Positions 34,930 through 47,929 of a stretch of 64,000 nt of DNA are shown piece after piece. Made by a program: the position numbers and the translations under genes. This DNA comes from Picochlorum sp. SENEW3 (Eukaryota), in the NCBI GenBank assembly GCA_034226945.1, contig CP120454.1:558001-622000 (forward strand). Direction: 5' to 3'. The notes beneath the pieces were generated by a model that worked only from the letters and a program-made list of their open reading frames with translations, was not told the DNA's origin and made no database searches. Each line of letters starts with the position of its first letter. The first letter of the stretch is position 1.

Positions 34930-37300
34930 TTGGATTTTGTATGTCTGGTCTACACCACCATTGCCGCCTTCCACGTAGTCTCTTGGAGATGGGAGATTGG
35001 TGTCAACAACTCTGCACCAGCGACGACCATCGCCTGGATGAGGAAGATGGACCGTGACTTCAAATGGATGCGCATTAAATGCGCAATAAACATCACCAAC
35101 GTATTCCTGATCTCTATCGTGCAACGTGAATGCAAGGAATTTACTGTCAGGATCATGCCACCTATCTTCATGCCATGTGATGCAGTTGCCTGTCAAAAAG
35201 TCAGTCTTCCCCAGCAGAGGACACGATCTTCTAAAGTGTATCAAGCTTTTATAAAAGCAGTACCATCCTTCATTTTCTTTCAACTGATTCCAATCAAACT
35301 GGGTCATGTCGTTGTCATGGCCATACCAATTGTTGTTTCCATGCCGTGTTTGACCATATTCGTCTCCACTCAGAATCATTGGTGTACCCTGGCTCATCAT
35401 CAACGCCACGTGAATATTTTTCATTTGCTTATATCGGAGATCTTGTATGTGTGGTTGATTATGTGCCGGTCCTTCAACACCGCAGTTCCAGGAAAAATTA
35501 TCATTAGTCCCGTCCATGTTGTTTTCCCCATTTGCATCATTGTGCTTCTCATTATACGACACGAGGTCTGCCAGGGTAAAGCCATCATGTGCGATGACAA
35601 AATTTATGGAATTGTACGGTTTGCGTCCACTTGAACCGTATAAATCTTCAGATCCTGACAACCGGGTTGCCAGAGCAGGCTTCATTCCTTCATCACCTTT
35701 GATAAACTTGCGAACATCATCCCTGTACTTGCCATTCCATTCTGACCATTTCCCATGGGCCGGGAAACTCCCAACTTGATACATTCCCAGATCCCAAGGT
35801 TCCGCAATGAGCTTCACCTTGGACAAAACAGGATGTTTGGCGATTTCTCGGATCAAGGGAGGGTCCTCCATGGCATTTCCTTGCGAGTCTCGACACAAGC
35901 ATGAGGCAAGATCAAACCTGAACCCATCAACATGGTACTCCTCCACCCACCGCACCAGAGACTCAATGACCAATTCTTTTCCACGTCTTCCATTTACATT
36001 CACTGTGTTACCGCATCCAGAAAGATTCACAAGTGCAGGATGACCCCCTGGAATCTGCTGATAATACTCGAGAGCATCAATGCCTCTCCAAGACAGCAAG
36101 TATGGGTCAGCATCATCACTCTCCGCGGTGTGATTGTAGACAACGTCGACAATCACCTCAATTCCTCGACTATGTAATGTTTTGACCATTTCTTTAAACT
36201 CCCGAGCGGCAGCAATAGAATCTGCAGCTCTATTATCACTCGTCTGTGACCCAAACCGTGACATGGGTGCCAGGAAACTGAGATGTGAATATCCCCAGAT
36301 ATTGGTCATATGATCTCTTGGATTCTTGTGCCGTTGAAATTCCAATTCATCGTACTCAAAAACAGGTAACAGTTCAACAGCATTGATCCCCAAATCAACC
36401 AGATGATCCACCTTTTCTGCAACTCCCGCAAATGTTCCTCTCTTCTCCTCATCCAACCCACTTGTAGGACTCGCTGTGAAGGACCGCACTGCCAACTCCA
36501 TGATGACCAAATCATTCTCAGGAATATTTGGTCTATCGTAATCATCGCCCCAATCAAAGTCATCCTCTTCAAGACAGTATGTCCCCAGAAACCTGCTTCC
36601 ATCCTTCACACAGAGAGACATTATTGTATCACACATCGATTTTTGACCACGGAAAGAATACAGCAACATCATGTTTAAAACAAAATCCACGTACCGGTGA
36701 TACAAATCGTTCAAATTCATCCCGCATCCCGAATCGAGACCTCCCAACAACATAGGGTGCCCAAGGATCCAGCAGAACGCGTTGGCTGTCCCATCTAAAT
36801 GGAGTCTCCCAGCCACCGTCTCCAGACACCTTCAAACCATATAAAATATCTTTCTGTGGTAGATCAGGAACAGCACCATGCCACACACCCTCTTCTTCAT
36901 TGAAAAACAAATTCAATGTGGACAATTCTTCCCCTTGCACATCAAACAGAACCAGCTGGACATTTTTTGCATGCGCAGAAGCAACAGCAAAGTTAACCCC
37001 TGCCACACTTCCATCCTCACTATGATATACAGATGGACCCAAAGGATACACCGAACCTGGAATAATCTGCATGGCAGTCTCCTCAGCTCCCGTGACAGCT
37101 GATGGTACAACGGAGCCCCCCCTGCAGTTGCTATGGCTCGTGGAACCCAAAGGGCAATTTCTTACCCCACCCTGTATTTTAGGGCCGGTGTCAATCTTAG
37201 AATATTTACTTTGTATTTCAAATGATCGTATCGATCCTAGACCATCATATGCTCGAAACAAGAGTCTAGATCGACCAGAAGGGCAGGATGCAGGTCTCAT
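34888..37300 (-). CDS. ISA3: plastid isoamylase-type starch debranching enzyme (GH13), ISA3-like; one intron
   Basis: [52 protein letters not shown]. Confidence 0.92.
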
Positions 37301-37778
37301 ACTCGAGATCGTCACGTATGTCGATCAGATTGGCTCAATATCAATACAAACCCTATATTGAAAAGATATTCATTAAAAAATATAGAAAAACCGGGTCCAG
37401 ATGCACAAATTGATGGGAAACCCGAACCGACAAATGGTTTTAATTCCGTACTGCACATATTAAATATAATTTCAAATCGACGCACTGCCCATTCAATATG
37501 ATGCTGAATTACGGCATATCTGCTGTTCTATAAACCTAAAAGTATTTGTGAGTACAGGTATGTCGTTGAGAGAATGCCATCGAGACTGGCTGAAGGACAG
37601 TTGCATTGCAAAAGCGCATGCAATTCTGCACACTGTCACCATGCTCGATGCATTGTCATGAAACTGATCAGGTCGATGCAAGAATAGTTTTAAATGATTG
37701 GTGTAATCTTTCAGGCATTACGTGTTCCTCATTTGCCTTGTTTTGTCGCTACACATAGACTGGCGTAGACTAGGCAAA

Positions 37779-39938
37779 ATGAGCGTGAAAAAGGGGGCAA
37801 ATCGACGATCGAAACGTCTTCAAGTACAAAACAATGAAGATACACATGAGGAATTGGAGGCAAGGGACTTGGAGCTGTCATCAAGCGAGGATGAGGATGA
37901 GGCATTGGCGACCTCTGCTGCTGTAGAGGTGGATGATGCCATATTAGATTATCAGACAGCATTGGAGAGACACACTGGTCGACACGCTGAGGGTTCTGAT
38001 AGTGAAGACGATTTTTATAATGAGAATGGTGGGGATGATGATGAGGATTCGTCGGATGAGGAGCGACCTCAGAGGAATACTGTTGGAGAAGTGCCATTGG
38101 AATGGTACTCGGACGAGGAGCATATTGGATACGATACAAAAGGGCAGAAGATTGTCAAGAAGGAGAGAAAAGATAAGTTAGATGAATTGTTGGATAAGAA
38201 TGACTCATCACTAGCCTGGAGAACGGTGTATGACAAGTATAATGATGAAGAGATTGTATTGTCCAAGGAGGAGATTCGAATGATTCAGAATATTAGGGCT
38301 GGGAGGTTTGCTCACAGCGACGTGGATCCATATCCGGATGAGAATGATTGGTTCTCACGACACAGAGAAGTGATGCCTCTCAGTGCTGCTCCAGAACCAA
38401 AGAGTCGATTCACGCCATCCAAATGGGAAGAAAAGAAGGTTGTTAAACTGGTGCGGGCGATTAGGAAGGGTTGGCTTTCAACAAAACCTCCTCCCAAGAA
38501 ACCAGACGTGTATTTATTATGGGATCAAGAGTCTGATGATTTGAACAAAACAATGGCAGGTCTTACATATTTAGCTGCTCCGAAGATGAAGTTGCCAGGG
38601 CATGATGAGTCGTATAATCCTCCAAAGGAATACCTCATGACAGAGGAGGAGAAGAATACTGCTGAACTCGAGGCAGAAGAGGCGAATGCTCCGCCACCGT
38701 TTATCCCACAGGCATTCGATGCTCTTAGAAAGGTACCTGCATACGAAAGGTATATTAATGAACGATTCGAACGCTGTTTGGATCTTTATTTGTGTCCTCG
38801 GTCCCGCATAAGGAGAATGGATATTAGTGACCCAGAGTCTCTGGTTCCAAAGCTTCCAAAGCCCAAGGAATTGCAGCCTTTCCCTACAATTCTGTCAATT
38901 AAATACTTGGGTCACTCGTCAAAGGTCACATCAATTTCGGTGCATCCATCTGGGCAGTGGCTCATGTCAGGTTCCAAGGATGCATCCATCCGTTTATGGG
39001 AAGTATCTACTGGCAGGTGCATATGCACCTGGACCTTCGAGTCCCCCGTGCAAAGAGTTGCATGGTGTCCAAAGGCGAGTTTAACAATCATTTCAGTTGC
39101 TTGTGAGAAAAAGCTCTACCTTATTCCAGTGAAGTTGAACACATTCTATGAAGCGAGTGTGGAAATGTTGCAAGCATCCATTCAAGGAGGACAGGAGAGC
39201 ACGGAGGAGGACAAGTCCATGCCTGCCACGTGGTCATGGGCGGATGTCGAATCACAAGGATCAAAAGCTCAATCCATTGCAATTGAACATTCCTTTGATG
39301 TGAAAGACATTGCTTGGCATAATGGTGGGGATTATTTCTGCACAACTTGTCCCAAGGGGAACACAAAAGCTGTTCTTGTCCACCAATTGTCAAAAGGTGT
39401 CACACAAAACCCATTCAAGAAGAATCGAGGTATTGTCACACGAGCACTTTTCCATCCAACGAAACCATTCTTTTTTGTGGCCACACAGCAAGCAGTCCGA
39501 ATATACAACCTCGCAAAGCAATCTTTGGCAAAGAAACTTGTGTCTGGATCTGGTGTTATCACGAGTATGTCGATCCACTCGTCAGGCGATCATGTGATCT
39601 TGGGTGGAGAGGATAAAAGAGTCTGCTGGTATGATCTTGATTTGTCATCAAAGCCTTACAAAGCTCTCAGATATCATGACCTAGGTGTCAGGGCAGTTTC
39701 ATTTCATCCCACCTATCCACTCTTTGCCTCTGGTAGTGATGATGGAACCACGCATGTTTTCCATGGAAGAGTCTTTGCTGACCTTATGACAAACCCAATG
39801 ATAGTCCCAGTCAAGATTCTTCGAGGGCATAAAAGGGTGAACGCAGAAGGTGTGACAGACGTTGTGTTTCATCCAAAGCAGCCATGGGCTTTTACAGCAG
39901 GAGCAGATGGGGCCATTTATCTGCACGTCAACCCTTGA
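37779..39938 (+). CDS. BOP1: ribosome biogenesis protein BOP1/ERB1
   Basis: NTVGEVPLEWY, PSKWEEKKV, LPGHDESYNPP, ERFERCLDLYLCPR, C-terminal WD40 repeats. Confidence 0.95.
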   Translation: MSVKKGANRRSKRLQVQNNEDTHEELEARDLELSSSEDEDEALATSAAVEVDDAILDYQTALERHTGRHAEGSDSEDDFYNENGGDDDEDSSDEERPQRNTVGEVPLEWYSDEEHIGYDTKGQKIVKKERKDKLDELLDKNDSSLAWRTVYDKYNDEEIVLSKEEIRMIQNIRAGRFAHSDVDPYPDENDWFSRHREVMPLSAAPEPKSRFTPSKWEEKKVVKLVRAIRKGWLSTKPPPKKPDVYLLWDQESDDLNKTMAGLTYLAAPKMKLPGHDESYNPPKEYLMTEEEKNTAELEAEEANAPPPFIPQAFDALRKVPAYERYINERFERCLDLYLCPRSRIRRMDISDPESLVPKLPKPKELQPFPTILSIKYLGHSSKVTSISVHPSGQWLMSGSKDASIRLWEVSTGRCICTWTFESPVQRVAWCPKASLTIISVACEKKLYLIPVKLNTFYEASVEMLQASIQGGQESTEEDKSMPATWSWADVESQGSKAQSIAIEHSFDVKDIAWHNGGDYFCTTCPKGNTKAVLVHQLSKGVTQNPFKKNRGIVTRALFHPTKPFFFVATQQAVRIYNLAKQSLAKKLVSGSGVITSMSIHSSGDHVILGGEDKRVCWYDLDLSSKPYKALRYHDLGVRAVSFHPTYPLFASGSDDGTTHVFHGRVFADLMTNPMIVPVKILRGHKRVNAEGVTDVVFHPKQPWAFTAGADGAIYLHVNP

Positions 39939-40162
39939 TATCGGCGATATATTAGCACCGTATGTAATAAAAACGTAAATGTGGTATATTTGTAGCATTA
40001 TTAATGGCATCACGTGCTTGATCGATGAGCGCTTCTTCGTGACATGCATGGTGTGCATGGCAACGTGAGGAGATCAAGCAATGTGGCTATATTTGTTGAT
40101 ATTTGACAGATAGGGACCTTTAGTGACACTATTTGATTGATATTATCAAATTTGGGGATAGT

Positions 40163-43100
40163 ATGGGGCCATTTCACCCTGCATTGCAAGCAAAGGTATC
40201 AGCTCCTGGGTTGACTTTGATATGGATCAGTCATAATGTGTGTGCTTTGGTGCAGGTCAGTGCTCTAGATCTCAATGAAGATAGAGATTTGATCTCTGCT
40301 TTAGAGCATCTGAATCAAGCAGGGTCCAAAAAGCAGGCGGTAGCTTGTATGAAAGAGGCATTGCAGAAGTTCAAAGATCACTTGGATGCTTGCCAGCAAC
40401 TCTCTCAGAATCACATAGAGGTTTTATCAGATTTGCTCTTTATTCCAGATTCAATTCATCTACACCAACTTTATATCAGTTTTATAAGCGCTCTTCCAGC
40501 AGAGGTGAGGCAGTCAGTTGAGAAGGGTTTGAGTGCCAGGATATCTCCTGAGTCTGAGTCTGAGTATCCACAAATGCTCACTGCTGTCCAGTCATTGTTA
40601 AAAGCATCTATATTTAGTGATATGATGCTTAATATAGCATTAGACATTATGCATGTCATAACTGCTGTTTTGGAGTCCATTCATGAATGCAAAGGGCGCA
40701 GAGACATTGAACAAGCACAGAAAAGTTGCAAAGTGGCTGCCACAATAGGGTACACTATTGTGACCACCTACAGAGGTACCATTTGTCAACTCAATGGGTC
40801 AGAAGAATTTTTGCAATCTTGTTGTCACGTATCTGGTGCAGTGATGAAGGTGCGTTTGAGAGTGATGCTGCTTTGTTGCAACAGCAAAATTCTTTGCCAT
40901 GGGTTTATTTATCATTAAATATTCCATTGCCATTCCATTCAGAAACGTGAATTTGATAATGTGGAGATCACTTTAAGCCTTTTGATATATTCCATCATGG
41001 TAGTATTGGAATCAAATCAGAGGGACGCTTGCATCATTGTCCTTTTGAGCATTCTAGGAGAAGACTCGTTTGTACAGGTGCAAGGGGCTTTGTCATCAGC
41101 TGGTGGCAATGACGATAAACGATCAATTATGGTCTCTGAGAACGCTTCATATTTTCGAAACTTTGCGGCAGATCTCTCTGATCGACAGTCTCTGTTATTT
41201 TTAAGGACCATATCACAGTCCTTGCTAGATGCTCTGTCATCTTGTGATCACGGTGCCCTGCTGGCAGTTTTCAACGATATCTTTTGCAAGGTGTCGGAAA
41301 CCTATCGAGTCGACCCGTGGTCAAAAATCTATTATATGGATTCTATTGCATCAGTTTTGAAGGAAGTTTGTCGGCAGATGGCCAATGCAGCAGGAAATGA
41401 TAACTTATTTGGTTGGATGCCAAGAGGTTTGGAGGAACATGCGCTTCGTGTTGTATTTGATAATTTAGACGATGAGGAAGTCATAGTGATCCGATCATCT
41501 CAAATTTTACTTCAGGATGTACTTAGTGTTGATAAAATTCGACCGAGTGCCCATGGTGGCCCAGGGATCATGATGAAACAGGCCCTTCACTTTTGCTCCA
41601 GTCTCAGTACGCTGCTTGTCCACGAATGCGATGGGAATCTTAACGCAAATCTAACACTTGTGCTTGGAACACTGCAGATAGTCATCAAAAGTCGAAATAC
41701 AGGATATTGCATAGCTTGGAAAAGTATGTCACCGCTCGCCAAGTTTTGCAAGAGAATCCAAAGTTCATTGAAGACACAATACAAGCTATTGCTGAGGACA
41801 GAGCAATAAAAAGTTTGGCATCCTCCGCACTCGCATTTATATGGAGGCAGCTGTACTTTAATAATCAGAGACAATGCAAAAGTTTGAACGATGGCCTCAG
41901 CAAAGAGGAGTCGGTGGATGCTTTATCTCGGGTTTTGGATGCCATGGTGAATGCAGACAAATCTGTACAATCAGCAGTCACATTGTACGTGTTGCCTGGG
42001 CTTGTAAAGAACTGTCGAGAGTCATTCCACGTCCTCCTAGAAAACTTCATGAATTCGTCTCAAAAAGATGAAACTTGGGTACGTATGCTGAAATGCTCCA
42101 AAGGAATGTTGCATTGAACACTTCTTAATTTTCATGGGTTCCTTTTTGCAGTTAGCTTCATGCTTGTCACTATTATCGTTCGGGAAAAAAGAAGCTGTCT
42201 ACGAAAATATTAAAGATCTAGAAACCAAAAGCTTTCCGATTTTCGAGTTAGTAGAGGAAGCATTACTGGCAGAGTCCAATGCTGTCCACATGTCTGCACT
42301 GGAGCTGCTGATTACTTCTGCAAAGACTGTTGATGTGCCAGGCCGGCAAGAACTAGATTTACTGTGGAAGTATTTCAATATGATGATACGATGTACTTCA
42401 AAAACTTCTCGACAAGAGAGTATTGCAATTTTTGTGCAATTTTTAAGGAGAATAAAAGTGTCAGTGGCGGCAGCCTTGACAAGGCCGTCTGATTTTTTGG
42501 AAGAGATTCATATCAATGTGAAATTCGCTGAAGCTTGGCTTCGTCAGCTTTGTCGTCTATGTCTATCATGTCTACACCCAGGAGGCGTATATGGAAAAAA
42601 GTACATGGGAGTCGAATTCTTATGCGTGATCTTACAGGCATTCAGTGTCCTGATTACATCAGATCCAAGACAGCCAATACTTTTGAAGAGGAATGCACCC
42701 TACATGAACATGTTTCAGGACAAGGATGCTGGGCAGGGATTAAAATATGGATCTTTTAAGCCTTTTCCAGATGAACTTTATTCTTTTGAGACCACAGACA
42801 TGCTTCTCACTGCACTGCTGGAAGGTTGGGACAGGATAAGCAATGTGTCTATGTCCATTTTGCTCATGCTTCCATCTCCCATCCCAGGTATGGAGAGCAT
42901 TGATTCCGTATCTCAAGTTTTAAGTTGGGCATTGAAGCTCCTTAATAGCCCTCGCTCGGTTGAATCTGACTCAGGAGCAAAGGTTTTAATGACACTGTTT
43001 ATCAAGTATGTGTCTGAGAGTCAGTGGTCGATTCGGCTCCATCCAGATCTTTCATGCGCCATAGTTCGCCAGAATGATATAGAAAAGCATTCATTGGAGA

Positions 43101-46100
43101 TAGAATTCGTAGAAGATTTGATTTCTTTGAGTCATATGGCTTTCAGTCAAGCTGAAGAAAACTTGGCCAGTGCCTCAAAAAGTGGCATTGCTCATGGATA
43201 TTTGTTGGCTTTGAGATATATCTGTCCACACATGGCTGTGAACCATGTTTCGCAGGCACGTGACTTGATGAATCAAGTGTATCAGTTGCTGGAAAGAGGC
43301 TCTCAGACGATTATACCTTTGTTGGCCTCACCAGGAGAAGGCCTGGCAGATGCAGACCCTGAAATGTTGCCAGGCACCCACCCAAAGGAAACAGATGACA
43401 AGCAGTTTATTCGCGGGGCTGCATGGATCAACTCTAAAGAAATATGCCACTTAGTAGAGAGTATGTGGCTGTTTTGTAATCGATCAGATCTCATGAAGGC
43501 ATGCCAGGGTATCCTAGAGAAGATGGCTGAACTGCTGCTTGAAATTTTGCTGCAAGCAAAACATTATGGGACAATTGACCATGCAAGAGCAGCTCTACAA
43601 TTTGTTTGTAGCAAAAGCAATGACTGGGGCTCAAGTGAACTCTCTGAATCACTTCTAGATCACTTGTTTTCTCAAATGCTGCGCGAAGAGCAGAGCAGGC
43701 GCGACGCAATACGAAGAAGTGGAGGATTGCCTTTTGCAATCACTGCTATTTTGGTTCCACACGCAAAGTCTTATCTGCCCATGATGGCTATGAAAAGGCT
43801 TTTGAATGTGTTAAAAATAGATACAAGATACGAAACGGGTATATATTGGCCAAAGGTGCACGCCCTCAATGCTCTGAGATTAATTTATTCAGAGAGCAAG
43901 CTGTCGGCCCTTGACACATTTTATGCAGATGGTAAGAATGTCATATGTATCTTCCTGATGTCCATGTATCGCTCTTATGACTGATAGAGGTATGCATGCT
44001 TCGCAGGTTTTAGGCTTATATTGATGTCATTTTCAGATCCAAGTTGGGAAATCAGGAATGCAGCATCTCTCTGCTTTGCATCACTGGTTTCCAAGGTGAT
44101 GGGATTTTCAAACACCGAGCACAGAGATCATGCTGAGTTTTGGCCCAAGCGTTCCCCAACTGCATCGCAATTTTTTCAAAAATACGAAAGTGTAGGAAGT
44201 TTCATTCTAGAGGTTCTTGAGCGGAGCAATACATCTGCCGAGTCTGTGCAGCCATGCTGTGAATCAGAACAATTGTTGTCACCCATACTAGCACTCCTGT
44301 GCCGCTTGAGACCTACCATTATGGACGAGCAGGAGCATCTCTCGACTAAATTTCAACAATATGCAAATCTTCTGAAGAATTGTAGTGCCTCGAGAGAGAT
44401 GGCGATCAGGAAATTTGCCTCCAGGGCATTTGTTTCGGTTGTTCCTTCATCAGTGTGGAATGTGTGGTCTGAGCAACTCTCAACCAGCATAGCCAAAGAA
44501 CTGTCATCCCAGCATGTGAATTGGAATCGGGTACATGGCCATACGTTACTCATAAAAGAGATTTTGAGAGTCTATTACTCGTTTACCAAGCAATCAGAGG
44601 ACATTAGCAAGGCAGTGTGCCAAAAACTAGGTCGATCAATTCGTGAAAGCATTCCCATTGACTCTCTTGAAAAACTATTGTGCTGCCCACCTGTTGCCGG
44701 AGAGCTCTTGCAAGTGTGCATTCTGCTAGCCCGCCTTAATCGGCTTGAGACTTTTGACATGGAAATGTTTGAATACTACGGGGGCACAGTTCTGAATTTG
44801 CTCTGGCCCGTGTTCATGGATGACAGGACATGGAATGACAATGTTCCAAGCTTATCAGCAATTAGAAAGCGCCTTTCCGAGCTCAAATTTGCATGGGTGT
44901 TTCCCGTGCTATGCAAAATAAATGATTCAATATCTACATGTGCCACATACATGCAGGAGACGCATAGAGCGCTGCAATGCCCTGATTATGAAGTGAGAGA
45001 TGCTGCCCTCAAGTGCCTCCTAGCAAATTTTGAAACTATTATATTACCCCAAATAAATTCACACGATGAGCTTGGGCGTGATTTATGTTCGTTGTATACG
45101 ACTATCAGGGCGTTATGGGTACATGAACCGGCGTTTTATCCGAGAATTCGTATGCTTCAGACTCTGAACATGATGCATGGGTATCTGTGGAAGTCACATG
45201 GCAAGCATTTGATCCTGAGGGACCAACTTGTCGACTACTACAATGCAGATGACGGCAAGAATCCAGCCTTACTACAAGAGATGATTGTATATAGTATGCA
45301 TGATGCTTTATATCATAAAACCAAGGGCACTGCCATATTTGCACTGGGCATGATCCTCGCCTATAGCCATCCACAGCATCCAGCAAATCTTCGCCAGGCC
45401 TGCCTTCAGAGCATGAACATTTCAGGTCTCATGAATCCGTACGCCTTTTGTCCTCCTGATCCAAGCAGTGCTCCTGATATTATATGTCATACCAGCATAG
45501 ATCAGTACATGGAATTTTGGTCTTCTGTTCTCAGACTCCTAGAAGATGAAGAACCAGACATTAGGGTGGAAGCATCCTCATCTTTGCAGCAATGTATGTT
45601 CAGCAAAAGCGAAATCTCAAGAAGCAAATATGGAGAAGTCAGAGTTGAGGAGATTCAAGAAGGCATTTTGCAATGGCTTGGAGGAGCTCTGTCTCATTAC
45701 CCATCCTTCACCTCTCACCTCCAATCATGGATATGCATTCCAGAAGCATGCAGGAAACATATTCACCAAGTTCTTGCTGGAAAGGATGACGCAACTATAT
45801 TTAAGGAAGAAACAGCCAATCAGCACACAGATCCTCTGATTTTGGCCAATCTTGCAAGCAAACATCTCGCACAGATGGCAACATCTAGTGCTCTCTCTGA
45901 GGAACAACAGGATGCCATGCACGAGTGGTTGGGCGAGATAATCAGTGCACTCGAGGATTTTATACATTCTTACATGGATCTGAATGGCATCTTGTATCAA
46001 GAACTCATTCCTACCATCTACGAGGACGTCTACAGACTCTTTGCTGCCTTGTGGACAGCATCCCATTTGGCTCCAACCACCATCCAAGGCCACATGTATA

Positions 46101-46285
46101 AGGTTTCCAAGCTCGCACATCTATCGCAAAATACAGAGCAGCAAAACTTTGTCTCTCTAACGTTCACTCAACCTGCAATTAGTGCCCTGATGGCATCTGC
46201 ATTGGGACACGACAACAGCAGCGACAGCACAAATGACCCTCATGACTCTTGTTTCAAAATATCCACTCGTTGGCAACTTGTCTAA
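40163..46285 (+). CDS. THADA: THADA/Trm732-like ARM-repeat tRNA methylation cofactor (DUF2428), multi-exon
   Basis: IRRSGGLPF, KVHALNALRLI, WEIRNAA; consecutive ORFs joined by GT-AG introns. Confidence 0.85.
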
Positions 46286-46297
46286 TTGTAACATGAT

Positions 46298-47340
46298 CTA
46301 CAAATACACTCGAATGAGTCCAGAATACTGCTCCTCGTATTTAAATCCAGCGTTATCCAAATATCTTCTCACTGCCATTCGAAGCCTTCCTGCTGGACCT
46401 CCTTTCGAGTGCTTGCCCTCTCCCACAACCACATCAACATGCCGCAATCTCTGAAATCGCATATCTTCTAACGTTCGCGCAAGTATAATTTGTGCTTCGC
46501 TCACATGGAGACCATGTAAATCAATCACGGGATCAGATCCCTGTGTGCTCTGTGCATTTCTGCTGGCAAAGATCCCCATGGCTGCCTTCTCGTGCGACTC
46601 TTTCATCAATGCATTGTACATTCTACCCTTCCGCCCAAGCTCCTTGGCAAGCCTTTTATCCCCTGACAAATACGCTTTCGTTGCTTCCTCAAAACAGGAA
46701 TTTCTAATCCGAGCATAATCACGAGCTTCTGCCCTTTCCTCAGCATATTCCTTGGCCACTTCATCCCCTGTACCAAACTTGGCAACCGCCATCTGGGCCA
46801 TCAGATCGGCCGAGTCGCTTGAAGAAAACCTGGTAATCTTGAAGACTTCATCAGCAGTGCATGCTGCTGTTGTAGATGCACCTGCTGCGGCGATGGCGTC
46901 GACTTGACCTTGCTTGCAAAATCACCTCCGAATGGGGCACTTGAAACAGTATTCCTGCCATGCTCAGGAGCACTCTGACCAGACCCCAAGCTCGGGAACT
47001 CTTCCTCGTTCAATTGAGAAGCATGCACCGTAGAATCAGGCGGCTTCTGTCGTGTCAGGGCAGCAGCAGGTGGTTGGGCACTCGCCAAACGAGCACCTTG
47101 AACTTCTGCTTCAATCTTAAATATCGCATCCACAGTCTCCTCAATGCTACTGTGGCACTGAGATTTGTATAAATCTCGCAAAGCTCGCGTAGAAAACGAA
47201 GGAAACGTTAGTTTTAGCATATTGACGACTGCTTCTTCTTCTTCTTCTTTTCCTCCTCCTTGTTCCGGAGAAGGACAAGTACCCGCCCCAGCTGCATATC
47301 CAGCTTGAGACGGCTGAAACTCAGCAGCAGAAGGATTCAT
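46298..47340 (-). CDS. PAM2 + DUF1771 + Smr domain protein (CID7-like); probable intron 46793-46881
   Basis: PAM2 motif MNPSAAEFQP; Smr motifs IDLHGLHVSEA and VVGEGKHS. Confidence 0.8.
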
Positions 47341-47929
47341 TGATACAATTTCAACAGCATGCAGTCGCTTGTATGCTTCACACAAAGCCGGACCACAGAA
47401 CTCTAAACCCAAATTGGGGATTCCCAGTCAGAGCAACTGCTTGACCGTGCGTATATATAGGTTACACGCACCAGCACAGGCAGTCGTCTCCTGCATGCAC
47501 GTTTTCAAATCAGGGGGCTCTCCCAGAGGGATTTTTCTTGGGATAAGCACGTGCTACCGTCAGATGTATCACACCATGTGGGCACCCTGCTATTCTAAAA
47601 GTGTCGCTGTAGCCCATTCTGTTGGGAGTTTGAATCCAGAGATTCAAAAGGACACAAGTGGCTTGCACGCCAATCGGCTCTCGTGGTCAATGTCATTCGC
47701 GCCGCTTCGAGTGAACAAAAGTTTCAATATTTATCATCTTTGTAAATATTTGTACCACGATAATTTAGATCTGTACACAGCATGTATTGATCCCAGGATT
47801 GTACTAAAAGAATTGTACGACGTCCTACAACAAGCCACTCTCGAAACTGGACAGTCCTACTTCTTAGGAGCGACGACAGCTATTCTGGTGGGATTGTACT
47901 CACGACCTATCCAAAAAATATCAATAATA

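Noticed and set aside
47369..47929. 5' extension of the 662-aa ORF
   Set aside because: Non-ATG start overlapping a divergent promoter region; the signal peptide begins at ATG 47930.
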